Positions 30,699-42,966 of a stretch of 64,000 nucleotides of DNA are shown piece by piece. Both the position numbers and the translations under genes were made by a program. Numbering within the stretch: position 1 is the stretch's first letter; each line of letters opens with the position of its first letter. Below the pieces are notes generated by a model. That model was not told the origin of the DNA. It worked only from the letters and a program-made list of their open reading frames with translations, and did not search any database. This DNA comes from Methanothermococcus sp. Ax23 (lineage in GTDB: Archaea > AGJL01 > Methanococci > Methanococcales > Methanococcaceae): the NCBI RefSeq assembly GCF_049075655.1, contig NZ_CP157522.1, forward strand, positions 928,001-992,000, written 5' to 3'.

Positions 30699-32030
30699 AT
30701 GGTAAAGTATGAAGACAAGATAGATTTGTATGATGCGAAAGGTAATCTTGCAGCAGAAAGTGTGCCATTGGAGGCTATAAGCCCGTTGTACAACCCAGTT
30801 GTAAAAGAGATAGTAAAGAACATTAAAAGAACAGTAGCAGTTAACTTAGCAGGTATAGAAAACAGCTTGAAAACCGGAGCTCTCGGAGGCAAAGGTTGTA
30901 AAATCCCAGGAAGAACCTTGGATTTACCAATAGTTGAAAACGCTGACGCTATTATGGAAGAAGTTGAAAAAATATTAAGAATTTCACCAGATGATGATAC
31001 AAACATCAGAACAATTAACGGTGGAAAACAGGCAGTTGTTCAGTTGCCATCCAGAAGATTAGAAGTAGCGGCAGAATATTCAGTATCTATGTTAAACACA
31101 GCAATGGCTTTGAAAGAAGCTATTATTAAAACATTCGACGTAGATATGTTCGAAGGTTCAACAGTGCATGCAGCAATTATTGGAAGATATCCACAAGTTA
31201 TGGACTACATGGGAGGAAACATAGCTTCATTATTAGGAGCTCCTTCAAACATGGAAGGTTTAGGTTACGCATTGAGAAACATTATGGTAAACCACTATGT
31301 GGCTACAACAAAGAAAAACATCATGAACGCTATTGCATTTGCGTCAATCATGGAACAAACAGCTATGTTTGAAATGGGAGATGCAGTAGGTTCATTTGAA
31401 AGAATGCACTTGTTAGGTCTTGGATACCAGGGTTTAAACGCAGATAACCTTGTAATTGACCTCGTAAAAGCAAACAGTAAGGGAACAGTTGGTACAGTTG
31501 TTGCTTCATTGGTTGAAAGAGCTCTCGAAGACAAAGTAATTGTAGAAGACAAAACAATGGATTCAGGATTCACAATGTATAAGCCAGCAGATGTGGCTAA
31601 GTGGAATGCTTATGCAGCAGCAGGTTTAGTTGCAGCTTCCATTGTAAACTGTGGTGCGGCAAGAGCTGCTCAGAACGTTGCTTCAACAATCTTATACTAC
31701 AACGATATATTAGAATACGAAACAGGATTGCCTGGTGTTGATTTCGGTAGAGCAGAAGGTACTGCGGTAGGATTCAGTTTCTTCTCACACTCAATCTACG
31801 GTGGTGGAGGTCCAGGTATCTTCACAGGAAACCACGTAGTTACAAGACACTCCAAAGGATTCGCTATACCACCAGTATGTGCTGCATTATGTATAGATGC
31901 AGGAACTCAGATGTTCTCACCTGAAAAAACATCAGCATTAGTTGGTGCGGTATATAGTGCTATCGATGAATTCAGAGAGCCATTGAAGTATGTAATTGAA
32001 GGGGCTATTGAAATAAAAGACAAACTTTAA
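30699..32030 (+). CDS. mcrB: Methyl-coenzyme M reductase beta subunit
   Basis: YEDKIDLYD; [13 protein letters not shown]. Confidence 0.98.
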   Translation: MVKYEDKIDLYDAKGNLAAESVPLEAISPLYNPVVKEIVKNIKRTVAVNLAGIENSLKTGALGGKGCKIPGRTLDLPIVENADAIMEEVEKILRISPDDDTNIRTINGGKQAVVQLPSRRLEVAAEYSVSMLNTAMALKEAIIKTFDVDMFEGSTVHAAIIGRYPQVMDYMGGNIASLLGAPSNMEGLGYALRNIMVNHYVATTKKNIMNAIAFASIMEQTAMFEMGDAVGSFERMHLLGLGYQGLNADNLVIDLVKANSKGTVGTVVASLVERALEDKVIVEDKTMDSGFTMYKPADVAKWNAYAAAGLVAASIVNCGAARAAQNVASTILYYNDILEYETGLPGVDFGRAEGTAVGFSFFSHSIYGGGGPGIFTGNHVVTRHSKGFAIPPVCAALCIDAGTQMFSPEKTSALVGAVYSAIDEFREPLKYVIEGAIEIKDKL

Positions 32031-32083
32031 TTTAATTAATAGTTATCAATCATACCATTAAAACTACAATGATAGGTAATAAA

Positions 32084-32578
32084 ATGATAGAAATAGAAGT
32101 CTTCCCCCATAGGTATTTAAAAGCTAAAACTACTGAAAAATTCCTTAATGAAGCTTATTCCTTAGATACGGTGGAGAGAATCATAATCCACGGTGAGCCT
32201 TTGCCAAAAACCGTATATTACGGTCCTGCAAGAGGAACTCCTGTGAATCATCCTGAGAGAAAGGAAATTAACGTTCATGGAGTTCCTGTCGAGCTCACAG
32301 TGATGGCAGGGAGATTCTGGATAACATTAAAGGATGATAGTGAAGTAGATAAAATTGAAGAAATCTGTAAATCACTGTTTCCATATGGATACAATATAAA
32401 GGTCGGTAAATTTACCAGAAGTAAAGCAACCGTAACAGATTATATGAAATACGGTGAAAAACTGGTAAATATGATGGATAGAACTATGATAGGCTTAACC
32501 GACCCAAGAAGCAAATATGAATCCGCAGTAAAAATTATTCCAAAAGATGAAAAAGAAGCTGAAATATCCAATGAATAA
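32084..32578 (+). CDS. mcrD: MCR operon protein D
   Basis: IEVFPHRYL, IHGEPLP, YGPARG. Confidence 0.96.
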   Translation: MIEIEVFPHRYLKAKTTEKFLNEAYSLDTVERIIIHGEPLPKTVYYGPARGTPVNHPERKEINVHGVPVELTVMAGRFWITLKDDSEVDKIEEICKSLFPYGYNIKVGKFTRSKATVTDYMKYGEKLVNMMDRTMIGLTDPRSKYESAVKIIPKDEKEAEISNE

Positions 32579-32604
32579 TTGCAATAAACCATTAAAGTGA
32601 TTAT

Positions 32605-33201
32605 ATGCCAGTAGGTAGAAGAGAGCAAATTGTAGATTGCAGGTCCGTAATGGGATTGGGCGAAGGCGGTGGATTGGCTCAAAGAGGAACCTTCGCAGAA
32701 GGTTTAGAAAATGATGTTGTAGTTGTAGCTATGTCTCCTGGAAGGAGGCATATCACAAAACCAGTTTGTGAAATTACCTATGGTATAAGGGAAGCAGGAA
32801 TCCAAACAAGCGTTCTTGTATTGGATGCAGGTAGTGGTATTCCTCATGATGCCCCTCATGGAAGTCTTGGTTCAACATTTGGATTAAAACCCAAAGAGGC
32901 CGAGCAGGTAAATAGGCATAAACTCTGCGTTGTCCATTTTGGGAATGTTAAAAGTCATATTGTATATAAGGCAAGATTATTTCTAAGGTATGTTAAAATA
33001 CCAACAATAATTGTTTGCCAAACTCCTATTGATATGGAGGATTTTGCTAAGGTGGGTATTAAAACTAAGGATGTTATGCCTATTGAACCTAAAACTGAAG
33101 GTATGGTTGTGGATATTATTACAGGAGTTGTTAGGGGTGAATCAGCTCCGCAGTCTAAAATTGATGAAGTAATTGAAAAAATCAAGAAGCATTTAACTTA
33201 A
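32605..33201 (+). CDS. mcrC: MCR operon protein C
   Basis: [35 protein letters not shown]. Confidence 0.97.
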   Translation: MPVGRREQIVDCRSVMGLGEGGGLAQRGTFAEGLENDVVVVAMSPGRRHITKPVCEITYGIREAGIQTSVLVLDAGSGIPHDAPHGSLGSTFGLKPKEAEQVNRHKLCVVHFGNVKSHIVYKARLFLRYVKIPTIIVCQTPIDMEDFAKVGIKTKDVMPIEPKTEGMVVDIITGVVRGESAPQSKIDEVIEKIKKHLT

Positions 33202-33212
33202 GAGGTGATTTT

Positions 33213-33995
33213 ATGGCATACAAGCCTCAATATTACCCTGGTGCAACAAAAATTGCACAGAACAGAAGAGACCACTTGAACCCAGAAGTTGAATTGGAAA
33301 AATTAAGGGAAATTCCAGACGATGAAATTGTAAAAGTTATGGGACACAGACAACCTGGTGAAGATTATAAAACAGTTCACCCTCCATTGGAAGAAATGGA
33401 CTTGCCAGAAGATTATGTAAGAGACTTAGTTGAACCTATCACAGGAGCTAAGGAAGGGCACAGGATTAGATATATCCAGTTCGCAGATTCCATGTACAAT
33501 GCACCTGCTCAGCCATACGACAGAGCAAGAACATACATGTGGAGATTCAGAGGTGTAGATACAGGAACACTCTCAGGAAGACAAGTTATTGAAATGAGAG
33601 AAAGTAACCTTGAAGAAATCTCAAAGAACTTCTGTATCGATACAGCATTCTTTGACCCTGCAACCTGTGGTATGAGAGGAGCGACCGTTCACGGACACTC
33701 ATTAAGATTGGATGAAAACGGATTAATGTTCGATGCTCTCCAAAGATACATCTATGATGAAAAAACAGGTCATGTATTATATGTAAAAGACCAGGTTGGA
33801 AGACCATTGGATGAACCTGTTGATGTTGGAGAACCATTACCTGCTGAAAAATTGGCAGAAATTACAACAATATATAGAAAAGATGGAGTTCCAATGAGAG
33901 ATGATGAAGAGCTCATAACAGTAGTTAAGAGAATCCACAGGGCAAGAACATTAGGTGGATTTATGCCTACTGAAGAAACATTTAAGGGATTGTAA
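33213..33995 (+). CDS. mcrG: Methyl-coenzyme M reductase gamma subunit
   Basis: QYYPG, RGATVHGHSLRLDENGLMFD. Confidence 0.98.
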   Translation: MAYKPQYYPGATKIAQNRRDHLNPEVELEKLREIPDDEIVKVMGHRQPGEDYKTVHPPLEEMDLPEDYVRDLVEPITGAKEGHRIRYIQFADSMYNAPAQPYDRARTYMWRFRGVDTGTLSGRQVIEMRESNLEEISKNFCIDTAFFDPATCGMRGATVHGHSLRLDENGLMFDALQRYIYDEKTGHVLYVKDQVGRPLDEPVDVGEPLPAEKLAEITTIYRKDGVPMRDDEELITVVKRIHRARTLGGFMPTEETFKGL

Positions 33996-34065
33996 TTAGT
34001 GTATATTATCTTAATTAAATTATTTAATTAATTATTACCTCTATAAACTTTTGAGGTGAATATTT

Positions 34066-35724
34066 ATGGAAGCTGAAAAGAAATTGTTCTTAAAAGCATT
34101 AAAAGAAAAATTTGAAGAAGACCCAAAAGAAAAATATACAAAATTCTACACCTTCGGTGGATGGAAACAGTCAAAGAGAAAAACAGAGTTTGTTGAAGCA
34201 GCAAAAGAAGTGGCTGAGAAAAGAGGCGGAATTCCTGGATACAACCCAGATATTGGGGTTCCACTCGGACAGAGAAAATTAATGCCTTACAAACTCTCAA
34301 ACACAGACAGCATTGTAGAAGGAGATGACTTACACTTCATGAACAACGCTGCTATCCAGCAAATGTGGGACGACATCAGAAGAACAGTTATTGTAGGTAT
34401 GGACACAGGACACGCTGTTCTTGAAAAAAGGCTTGGTGTGGAAGTTACACCTGAAACAATCAACGAATATATGGAAACAATAAACCACGCATTGCCTGGT
34501 GGTGCTGTTGTTCAGGAACACATGGTTGAGGTAGACCCTGCATTAGCATGGGACTCATACGCTAAGATATTCACAGGAGACGATGAATTAGCAGATGAGC
34601 TCGACAAAAGAGTATTAATTGACATTAACAAATTATTCCCGGAAGAACAGGCAGAACAGTTAAAAGCTGCTATTGGTAAAAGAACCTACCAGGTATCAAG
34701 AGTTCCTACATTAGTAGGTAGAGTATGTGATGGAGGTACCATAGCAAGATGGTCTGCTATGCAGATTGGAATGTCATTCATTACAGCATACAAACTCTGT
34801 GCTGGGGAAGCTGCAATTGCTGACTTCTCATACGCTGCAAAACACGCTGATGTTGTAGGTTTAGGTACTGCACTACCAGCAAGAAGGTCAAGAGGAGCAA
34901 ACGAGCCAGGAGGTATCCCATTCGGTGTATTATGTGATGTAGTGCAGACAACAAGAGTGAGTGATGACCCAGTTGAGCAGTCCTTAGAGGTAGTTGCTAC
35001 TGGTGCTATGTTATACGACCAGATATGGCTCGGTGCATACATGTCAGGTGGTGTAGGATTCACACAATATGCTACCGCATCATACACAGACGATATTTTG
35101 GATGACTTCTCATACTATGGATACGACTATGTAGAGAAGAAATACGGAATAAACAACACAAAACCAACAATGGATGTCGTAGAAGACATTGCAACAGAAG
35201 TTACACTCTACGCATTAGAGCAGTATGACGAGTTCCCAGCATTGTTGGAAGACCACTTCGGAGGTTCCCAGAGAGCAGCAGTTACAGCTGCAGCAGCAGG
35301 TATTTCAGTATGTATGGCAACAGGAAACTCAAATGCTGGTGTTAATGGATGGTATTTAAGCCAGATATTGCACAAAGAATACCACAGCAGATTAGGATTC
35401 TACGGATACGACTTGCAAGACCAGTGTGGTGCTTCAAACTCACTTTCAATTAGAAACGATGAATCATCACCATTGGAATTGAGAGGTCCAAACTATCCAA
35501 ACTACGCAATGAACGTAGGTCACCAGGGAGAATACGCAGGTATTACTCAGGCAGCTCACTCAGCAAGAAGAGATGCATTTGCAACAAACCCATTAATCAA
35601 GATTGCATTTGCAGACCCATCATTAGTATTCGACTTCGCACACCCAAGAAAAGAATGTGCAAGAGGAGCTCTAAGAGAATTCGAACCAGCAGGAGAAAGA
35701 GACCCAATTATCCCTGCACACTAA
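34066..35724 (+). CDS. mcrA: Methyl-coenzyme M reductase alpha subunit
   Basis: [29 protein letters not shown]. Confidence 0.99.
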   Translation: MEAEKKLFLKALKEKFEEDPKEKYTKFYTFGGWKQSKRKTEFVEAAKEVAEKRGGIPGYNPDIGVPLGQRKLMPYKLSNTDSIVEGDDLHFMNNAAIQQMWDDIRRTVIVGMDTGHAVLEKRLGVEVTPETINEYMETINHALPGGAVVQEHMVEVDPALAWDSYAKIFTGDDELADELDKRVLIDINKLFPEEQAEQLKAAIGKRTYQVSRVPTLVGRVCDGGTIARWSAMQIGMSFITAYKLCAGEAAIADFSYAAKHADVVGLGTALPARRSRGANEPGGIPFGVLCDVVQTTRVSDDPVEQSLEVVATGAMLYDQIWLGAYMSGGVGFTQYATASYTDDILDDFSYYGYDYVEKKYGINNTKPTMDVVEDIATEVTLYALEQYDEFPALLEDHFGGSQRAAVTAAAAGISVCMATGNSNAGVNGWYLSQILHKEYHSRLGFYGYDLQDQCGASNSLSIRNDESSPLELRGPNYPNYAMNVGHQGEYAGITQAAHSARRDAFATNPLIKIAFADPSLVFDFAHPRKECARGALREFEPAGERDPIIPAH

Positions 35725-35736
35725 AAAAATATTTTT

Positions 35737-35761
35737 AGGAAACTTTAACGTTTCCTTTTTT
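35737..35761 (+). terminator. mcr operon terminator
   Basis: AGGAAAC/GTTTCCT hairpin followed by a T run just after mcrA. Confidence 0.6.
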
Positions 35762-35966
35762 ACTTCATATTATAAGATACCGATAATATTGTTATTCTAT
35801 TTTAATTATACATATTATTTTTCCATTTAGTTAAAGAATGCTTTATTAAAAATAAACAATATTTGCCGTATTTTTATGGAATCAAATAGAAAATAATATA
35901 TATTATCACAAATGAATGATACATTCGGGAATAAAACAAAATTAGTGTTTTATACGAGGTGAAATA

Positions 35967-36869
35967 ATGGACCCAACATTGTTGGCTCTTGGGGCATTGG
36001 CATTATCCGGTGCTGCGGCTACCGTGGCAGGATGTGCGGAAGATTTGGAATCCGATGTAGGTTCTCAGTCAAACCCTAACTCTCAGGTTCAGTTAGGACC
36101 TCAGATGGGTAATATACACAGATACTTTAACAAAGCTATATCTGGGGAACCTGTATCCTATGGTTTATATGTTGCTGCGGCAGGTGCAGTTGCATGGGCT
36201 TTAATGGGTGCAGGACTTAATACAGTATTGGCACTTATTGTAGGTTCAGGAATTGCAGCATTAGTTCATGGTGCTTATTCAGTAAGTGCATACTTAGGAA
36301 GGATAGTAGGTCAGTCTAAAAACTTCGGTCAGCCAGTATATATGGATGTAATTACGACACATTTAGGTCCTATAGTAGGACATGGTTTTATTGCAGTATT
36401 TTGTATATTATTCGCTGCACATTTGGCAAGCACAGCATTAGGAAATCCATTCCCATTACCATTAATTGCATTGATATTCGGTATTACAGTAGGTGCTATT
36501 GGTTCATCAACAGGGGACGTTCACTACGGTGCTGAAAGAGAATATCAAAAATACCCATTCGGTGGAGGTATTCCTGTTGCAAACCAGGGGGACATTGATA
36601 TTAAAGCAGAAACTGGTATTAGAAATGGTATGGATTCATCTTATTTTTGTTCTAGATTAGGAGGTCCATTGACAGGGCTTGCATTTGGTCTTATCATATT
36701 CCTCGACGGCTGGAGAGGAATTGTTGGAAGTATTCTTGGTGGAGATTTAATTACAAAGTCAGCAATTGCTATTGTTGTAGGACTTATAATTGTTGCAATT
36801 GCAGCATACCTCAACAGAGTAATAGAAGTATATGCTAGAAACAAATATGGTCCATACACAAACAGATAA
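35967..36869 (+). CDS. mtrE: Tetrahydromethanopterin S-methyltransferase subunit E
   Basis: AEDLESDVGSQSNPNSQVQL, NKAISGEP. Confidence 0.97.
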   Translation: MDPTLLALGALALSGAAATVAGCAEDLESDVGSQSNPNSQVQLGPQMGNIHRYFNKAISGEPVSYGLYVAAAGAVAWALMGAGLNTVLALIVGSGIAALVHGAYSVSAYLGRIVGQSKNFGQPVYMDVITTHLGPIVGHGFIAVFCILFAAHLASTALGNPFPLPLIALIFGITVGAIGSSTGDVHYGAEREYQKYPFGGGIPVANQGDIDIKAETGIRNGMDSSYFCSRLGGPLTGLAFGLIIFLDGWRGIVGSILGGDLITKSAIAIVVGLIIVAIAAYLNRVIEVYARNKYGPYTNR

Positions 36870-36899
36870 TAGATTAAGAAATAAATTTGGTGATAAACT

Positions 36900-37607
36900 A
36901 TGGATGCTGTAAGTTTAATACTGCCTCTTGCAGAGATTACAGTTGCAGGTGCCATAATTAATGCAAGTGTTCATTTTGTTCCAGTGGGTGGAGCTCCCGC
37001 AGCTATGGCTACATCAACTGGTGTAGGGACAGGAACTACTCAGTTAGCAGCAGGTGCTGGATTTACAGGATTAATGGCTGCTGCTATAATGGCTGCACAA
37101 AGCGGTATTAATTTAATGAACCCAGTGCATTTAGCAATTATATTATTATCCGGAGCAGTAGGTTCCATGATTATGCTGGGTTTAACAATGTTGATTGGTC
37201 AGTTGATTTATGTCTTTGGTGTTGGAGTAGTTCCAGCAGCAGATAAGTGTGATAAAGACCCAATTACAGGAGATTATCAAAAATCATACATTACACCGGG
37301 GACCACAGGGCATGCCATACCTACTGTATGTTTCATCAGTGGTTTAATTGGTGCAGCACTCGGTGGTATCGGTGGAGGTCTTGCATATATAGCATTTAAA
37401 CAGTTAGGATTCAGTTCAGAGATTGCAGGGGTAATTGCTGTTGGTTTCTTTTTCATGAATGCGGTTCTTGCATCATACAACATTGGAGGAACAACAGAAG
37501 GATTCCACGACCCAAAATTCAAGAAGATACCAAATGGAATTATAGCATCATTTGTAGCTTCATTAGTGGCAGGAGCTATCGTAGCAGGTATGGCTCTTGG
37601 AATTTAA
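36900..37607 (+). CDS. mtrD: Mtr subunit D
   Basis: [26 protein letters not shown]. Confidence 0.97.
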   Translation: MDAVSLILPLAEITVAGAIINASVHFVPVGGAPAAMATSTGVGTGTTQLAAGAGFTGLMAAAIMAAQSGINLMNPVHLAIILLSGAVGSMIMLGLTMLIGQLIYVFGVGVVPAADKCDKDPITGDYQKSYITPGTTGHAIPTVCFISGLIGAALGGIGGGLAYIAFKQLGFSSEIAGVIAVGFFFMNAVLASYNIGGTTEGFHDPKFKKIPNGIIASFVASLVAGAIVAGMALGI

Positions 37608-37639
37608 ATTATAATAATATAAATAAATGAGGTGTTATT

Positions 37640-38452
37640 ATGAGTCATGGTGGTGGAGGACATGCAGCAGAACTTTATCCAGAAAACCAGGTTTTAATAT
37701 TTGGTGCGGTCCTTTCAATTGTTGGAATGTATATTGCACAATTTGTCCCTCAATTAGCCATGCTTGTTGGAGGACTTTTAGCAGCTGCGGCTACTGTGGC
37801 AGGTGCAAACACTACAAGAAGAGTAGCAGCTTATGGGCTTGGGACTGGTGTTCCATCCATCGGTATGGTAAGTTTAGGTATGGGAACAATGTCAGCATTA
37901 GCAGGAGTATTGTTGGCTAATGCAATGGTTACTCAATTTGGACTTCCAAATAGCGTCATCTATGCCATACCAATAATTGTGGCAGTGGTAGCTATAGTTT
38001 TAGGATTTATTGTAGGGAAATTAACAGTAAAACCAATTGGAATGAAGATACCAATTATGGTTGAAAGTATGACAAAGTTGGCTCTTATGGGAGCTCTGTC
38101 AATTATGGGATTCTGTGTAGCTTTCGCAGGTGGATTTTCACCTGATGTGCTTATTCCAGGAGCAATTAAAAATGGAATAATTGGGTTAGCATTTATTGCA
38201 GCAGGTATGGCTATATTACACCCATTTAACGCATGTTTAGGTCCAAATGAAAGTCATAAAAGGACATTGCTATTGGCAATAGCATGTGGATTGCTAACAT
38301 GGTTTATATTCTCAGTAGCTAAATTGGATGTAGTATCTTCAATAGCTTCTGTTGCATTATGGGCAGTTGTGTACAGGTCATTTGTGAAACAGTCATTAAA
38401 CGATGCCTGCGATGTTTTATACACCCCAGAATTACCTAAGAAGGAAATGTAA
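37640..38452 (+). CDS. mtrC: Mtr subunit C
   Basis: [22 protein letters not shown]. Confidence 0.97.
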   Translation: MSHGGGGHAAELYPENQVLIFGAVLSIVGMYIAQFVPQLAMLVGGLLAAAATVAGANTTRRVAAYGLGTGVPSIGMVSLGMGTMSALAGVLLANAMVTQFGLPNSVIYAIPIIVAVVAIVLGFIVGKLTVKPIGMKIPIMVESMTKLALMGALSIMGFCVAFAGGFSPDVLIPGAIKNGIIGLAFIAAGMAILHPFNACLGPNESHKRTLLLAIACGLLTWFIFSVAKLDVVSSIASVALWAVVYRSFVKQSLNDACDVLYTPELPKKEM

Positions 38453-38461
38453 GGTGGTAAG

Positions 38462-38788
38462 ATGGAAATAATAAAAATATGTCCTGAAATTGGAGTTGTA
38501 ATGGATGTAGATTCAGGACTTATCGCTGAGATGAGAAAGGATATCCTTGTAGTAGATTTAAATCCTGTTGAGGAAGAAATAAATAAATTAGAAAAATTGG
38601 CAAAGGCATTCGAAAATTCACTTGACCCAAGACATGCTCCATTAAAAGCATATGCGGGTAGGGAAGGAACCTATGAAATTGGAGGTCTCTTTCAAGGAAT
38701 GTTCTTTGGTTTCTGGATAACATTGGCAATCGCTATATTGGCTATAATATTAGTTATTAAAATGAATCCAGGTTTGATAGGGTTATAA
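38462..38788 (+). CDS. mtrB: Mtr subunit B
   Basis: SLDP...GREG motif with a C-terminal TM helix; operon position. Confidence 0.95.
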   Translation: MEIIKICPEIGVVMDVDSGLIAEMRKDILVVDLNPVEEEINKLEKLAKAFENSLDPRHAPLKAYAGREGTYEIGGLFQGMFFGFWITLAIAILAIILVIKMNPGLIGL

Positions 38789-40074
38789 GTTTGGAGGTGC
38801 TAAAATATGGCAGATAAAAAAGCCCCTGCATCAGGATGGCCAATTGTAAGTGGTGAGTATGTAGTGGGAAATCCTGAAAGCTGCGTTGCAGTCGTAACAT
38901 TGGGTTCCCACGGAATAGATGAGGCTGCTATTGAAGCAGGAGCCGCTATTTCAGGACCTTGCCACACAGAAAATCTTGGAATTGAAAAAGTTGTAGCAAA
39001 CTACATATCAAATCCAAACATTAGATTTATGGTAGTATGTGGTTCCGAGGTTCAGGGACACATTACAGGACAGTGTTTTAAAGCATTGCATGAAAATGGT
39101 ATTGGAGACGATGGAGGAATCATCGGAGCTAAGGGAGCTATCCCATTCTTGGAAAACGCAGGTAAGGATGCTATTGAAAGATTCCAAAGACAGATTGTAG
39201 AAGTTGTGGATTTAATCGATGTAGAAGATACGGGTAAAATAGCACAGGCTATTAAGGACTGCATTTCAAAAGACCCTGGTGCTATCGACGAAGACCCAAT
39301 GATATTGGACTTAGAAGGTGGCGCTGGCGGTGCAGGTGATGATGAATCCACTTCAATAAAACCATCTTCACCAGAGTTAGTATTGTTGGAAACAAGAATG
39401 AGATTAATTTCTGAAAAAATAAACGATGCTGCGTTAGTTGCAAAATTTAACTCAGGATACTATAACGGAAAGATTCAAGGTATAGCAATAGGTATGTTCC
39501 TATCCTTGCTGATATTCTCGTTGTTATAAGTTTGGAGGTGCTAAAATATGGCAGATAAAAAAGCCCCTGCATCAGGATGGCCAATTGTAAGTGGTGAGTA
39601 TGTAGTGGGAAATCCTGAAAGCTGCGTTGCAGTCGTAACATTGGGTTCCCACGGAATAGATGAGGCTGCTATTGAAGCAGGAGCCGCTATTTCAGGACCT
39701 TGCCACACAGAAAATCTTGGAATTGAAAAAGTTGTAGCAAACTACATATCAAATCCAAACATTAGATTTATGGTAGTATGTGGTTCCGAGGTTCAGGGAC
39801 ACATTACAGGACAGTGTTTTAAAGCATTGCATGAAAATGGTATTGGAGACGATGGAGGAATCATCGGAGCTAAGGGAGCTATCCCATTCTTGGAAAACGC
39901 AGGTAAGGATGCTATTGAAAGATTCCAAAGACAGATTGTAGAAGTTGTGGATTTAATCGATGTAGAAGATACGGGTAAAATAGCACAGGCTATTAAGGAC
40001 TGCATTTCAAAAGACCCTGGTGCTATCGACGAAGACCCAATGATATTGGACTTAGAAGGTGGCGCTGGCGGTGC
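38782..40074 (+). repeat. 552-bp direct repeat (38782-39333 and 39523-40074) covering RBS and MtrA domain
   Basis: The two copies read as identical at offset 741. Confidence 0.9.
38807..39529 (+). CDS. mtrA: Mtr subunit A
   Basis: [25 protein letters not shown] (cobamide His). Confidence 0.97.
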   Translation: MADKKAPASGWPIVSGEYVVGNPESCVAVVTLGSHGIDEAAIEAGAAISGPCHTENLGIEKVVANYISNPNIRFMVVCGSEVQGHITGQCFKALHENGIGDDGGIIGAKGAIPFLENAGKDAIERFQRQIVEVVDLIDVEDTGKIAQAIKDCISKDPGAIDEDPMILDLEGGAGGAGDDESTSIKPSSPELVLLETRMRLISEKINDAALVAKFNSGYYNGKIQGIAIGMFLSLLIFSLL

Positions 40075-40312
40075 TGAAGGTGGAGATGAAGAAGGTCTCT
40101 CAATTGAAGGTATTCCAACAGTTGTGGAACCTGATTTGGAATATGCTAAAAAACTTATGAATGTTTTGGATTACAAAGTAGGATTACTTACAAGAGACTT
40201 TGGTTTGGCATCAGGAGTACAATCCAAGGCACTTGAAGGAGCAGCATATGGTGCATTGTTCGCGGTAGTTTTAATTGGAATTCCAATTGCATTAAAATTC
40301 TTATTAGGGTGA
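39548..40312 (+). CDS. MtrA-MtrF fusion protein
   Basis: Second MtrA domain fused to an MtrF-like tail ([17 protein letters not shown] plus TM helix); sits at the mtrF position. Confidence 0.9.
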   Translation: MADKKAPASGWPIVSGEYVVGNPESCVAVVTLGSHGIDEAAIEAGAAISGPCHTENLGIEKVVANYISNPNIRFMVVCGSEVQGHITGQCFKALHENGIGDDGGIIGAKGAIPFLENAGKDAIERFQRQIVEVVDLIDVEDTGKIAQAIKDCISKDPGAIDEDPMILDLEGGAGGAEGGDEEGLSIEGIPTVVEPDLEYAKKLMNVLDYKVGLLTRDFGLASGVQSKALEGAAYGALFAVVLIGIPIALKFLLG

Positions 40313-40316
40313 TTAG

Positions 40317-40544
40317 ATGACTGAGATACCCACAGTAGTTACTCCATCAAAAGATTTTAAAAGATTACAGGAAAAATTAAATGACATAGATGAAACCGTA
40401 GAGAATACAAATGCCGAAGTAATACAAAGGTTAGGTAAAAAGGCAGGTAGGGATGTTGGTATTGTCTATGGATTCATGATAGGATTTATAATTATGATGG
40501 TAATTGGAAAAATATTACCAATATTTCAATATTACCTAAAATAA
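40317..40544 (+). CDS. mtrG: Mtr subunit G
   Basis: VENTNAE...GKKAGRDVGIVYG. Confidence 0.96.
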   Translation: MTEIPTVVTPSKDFKRLQEKLNDIDETVENTNAEVIQRLGKKAGRDVGIVYGFMIGFIIMMVIGKILPIFQYYLK

Positions 40545-40571
40545 AATAAAGGATAATTGAGGTGGTAATAG

Positions 40572-41531
40572 ATGTTCAAATTTGACAAAGAACAGATGGT
40601 AATCGAAATCGCAGGTAGGAAATTTGGTGGTCAGCCAGGAGAATACCCAACAGGTTTATCAGGAACCATATTCTACGCAAGACACAAAATCGTTGAAGAT
40701 GAAAGAAAAGGTATTTTCGATAAAGCAGCTGCGGAAGATTTAATAAACAAGCAGGCAGAAATGGAAGATACCACAGGAAACCCAGCACTTGTTCAGGTAT
40801 TTGGTGGGAACCCTGAAGCATTGACAAAATACATAGACTTCGTTGCTGAGGTATGGGATGGACCAATGTTATTGGACTCCACCTCAGGAGAAGCAAGAAT
40901 GGCAGCAGCAAGAAGGGCAACAGAAGCAGGTTATGCTAATCAGTGTATTTACAACTCTATTAATGTTTCAATTGAAGAAGAAGAATTCCAGAACTTAGTA
41001 GAAAGTGACTTAGAGGCATCAATTGTTTTATGTTTCGACCCAATGGACCCATCAGTTGAAGGTAAATTGAATGTTTTATTAGATGGTGGTAAAACAACAG
41101 ATACTGGTATGTTGGAATTAGCTGAAAAAGCAGGAATTAAATACCCGTTGATTGACGTTGCTGTTACACCATTAGGTAGCGGTGCAGGTCCTGCTGTAAG
41201 AGCATCATTTGCAGTTAAAGCAAAATTGGGTCTTCCAGTAGGAAGTGGTATTCACAACATTCCATCTGCATGGGACTGGTTAAGGGAATTCAGAAAAGGA
41301 TTAAGAGAATCAGGTTTAACCCAATTGTCAAAAGATGTTCATCATGTTTGTGATATTGGGGCAAACATTGTTCAGACAATGGCTGCAGGGGACTTTGTTT
41401 TATATGGTCCTATTGACAACGCACAGTTAACATTCCCTGCAATAGCAATGACCGATGCAGTAATCGCAGAAGCTGCAAAAGAAATGGGTATATCCCCAAT
41501 CGATGCTCACCCAATAAACAAATTGTTGTAA
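40572..41531 (+). CDS. mtrH: Mtr subunit H
   Basis: MFKFDKEQ, GGQPGEYPT, YNSIN, SGIHN. Confidence 0.97.
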   Translation: MFKFDKEQMVIEIAGRKFGGQPGEYPTGLSGTIFYARHKIVEDERKGIFDKAAAEDLINKQAEMEDTTGNPALVQVFGGNPEALTKYIDFVAEVWDGPMLLDSTSGEARMAAARRATEAGYANQCIYNSINVSIEEEEFQNLVESDLEASIVLCFDPMDPSVEGKLNVLLDGGKTTDTGMLELAEKAGIKYPLIDVAVTPLGSGAGPAVRASFAVKAKLGLPVGSGIHNIPSAWDWLREFRKGLRESGLTQLSKDVHHVCDIGANIVQTMAAGDFVLYGPIDNAQLTFPAIAMTDAVIAEAAKEMGISPIDAHPINKLL

Positions 41532-41697
41532 TTAAAGTTAAAAAAATAAATATAACTAATTTTTTAATCTTTTCTATTTTAAAAAATTACTGATTGTAGT
41601 TTTTCATAATTTTATAATTTAATTTCAATAATGCGTTTTTAATAATAACTAAAAGGAGCTCTACAATTTTCAATAATTTAAATTAATTAATATTATG

Positions 41698-42225
41698 TTA
41701 GTATTTCCAAATTATGGAGAAATCCTTCAATGCGTTTTTTACTTTATCCTTATTGCCTTCAATTATAACGGTATTATCCAATTCCTTACTGAATTCAAAA
41801 ATAACACCATACCATTCGCTTAAATCACCCAATATTTCAGTTTGAAGTTCCTTGTTTAGTTTTATCCTTATGGACTCGATATCCTTTCTTTTTTTAACTT
41901 CTGTGTTAAATGTGGTTTTTTTAAGGGGAAACTCTGCATCAAGTTCATTCCTTACAGCCTTAGCCATTTTGTCTAAATATTCTTTGGCGAGCTCATTATC
42001 ACACAAACCAAAAAGAATCATCTGCACTTTTGAAAGCTCTTTTTCAGCATCCCTCAAAGCCTCAAAAGATGAATGCTCATCCAGCAAGTAGTATGTAATT
42101 ATATTGTTTGCCAGTCTCAATCTGAAAAAGGCTTCTTCTGGAACCATCCGTCCCTTGCTTGCCAATATAGATGCGAGCTCCGCTAAGACTACCCACTGTT
42201 TATCTATTCCTCGTGCATCTTTCAT
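41698..42225 (-). CDS. DUF2096-like methanogen conserved protein
   Basis: DKQWVVLAEL N-terminus, SEWYGVIFE. Confidence 0.65.
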   Translation of the reverse strand: MKDARGIDKQWVVLAELASILASKGRMVPEEAFFRLRLANNIITYYLLDEHSSFEALRDAEKELSKVQMILFGLCDNELAKEYLDKMAKAVRNELDAEFPLKKTTFNTEVKKRKDIESIRIKLNKELQTEILGDLSEWYGVIFEFSKELDNTVIIEGNKDKVKNALKDFSIIWKY

Positions 42226-42229
42226 ATTA

Positions 42230-42955
42230 TCACTTCTGTTTTTTTAAGTAATACAATCTTTTTTCTTTATCAAATTTTTCGACAGCATACCTAAGCATCG
42301 TTCTTGGCATTACTACACAGTATTTTTCTAAAAATTCTTCTTCAACAGCCCTATTTCTCTTTCCAACTTCCCTCAGCATCCATCCAACTGCCTTATGAAT
42401 TAAATCATGCCTATCATTTAATAGAATCTTGGAGATTTTTAATGTATCGTTAAAATCATATTTCCTAATAAATTCAAATGTTGATACAATTGAAATTCTT
42501 CTTTCCCAAAGATTTTCCGATTTTGCGAGCTCATACAACACATTTCTATTTTTATCAAATAGATAATTCCCAACAATCTTATAGCAAGATGTATCCACCA
42601 AATCCCAATTATTTATATTTTTTGTATTTTTTAGATAAAATTTATAAATATCTCTTTTTAAGTCTTCGTTAGATTTTGCCCTTTGATATTTGTAGGTCAA
42701 TATTAAAAGAGCCGTAAGCCTATGCTCATGAATCCTTGAATTTAAGAGCTCCTGCAATTCATCAAAATTTAGATGGATATATTTTTTTGCAAGTTTCCTT
42801 TGCTGTGGAACTGTGATTCCTAAAAATACATCCCCTTCTGCATACTCTCCTTTTCCAGTTTTAAAAAACTTTTGAATTGTTTCTGCCTTTTTAGGATTTT
42901 TTAAGGAATCCATTTCAGAGAGTAAATTATTTAGACAATTACCTGATGGACACAT
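42230..42955 (-). CDS. DNA alkylation repair protein (AlkD-like HEAT-repeat family)
   Basis: FFKTGKGEY.EGD.FLG, NNWDLVD, KAVGWMLREVGK, MPRTMLRYA. Confidence 0.9.
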   Translation of the reverse strand: MCPSGNCLNNLLSEMDSLKNPKKAETIQKFFKTGKGEYAEGDVFLGITVPQQRKLAKKYIHLNFDELQELLNSRIHEHRLTALLILTYKYQRAKSNEDLKRDIYKFYLKNTKNINNWDLVDTSCYKIVGNYLFDKNRNVLYELAKSENLWERRISIVSTFEFIRKYDFNDTLKISKILLNDRHDLIHKAVGWMLREVGKRNRAVEEEFLEKYCVVMPRTMLRYAVEKFDKEKRLYYLKKQK

Positions 42956-42966
42956 AATGCCACTTT

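Noticed and set aside
38782-40074. mtrA repeat as a misassembly
   Set aside because: The copies have distinct, sensible C-termini (MtrA anchor vs MtrF), matching the known Methanococcales arrangement.
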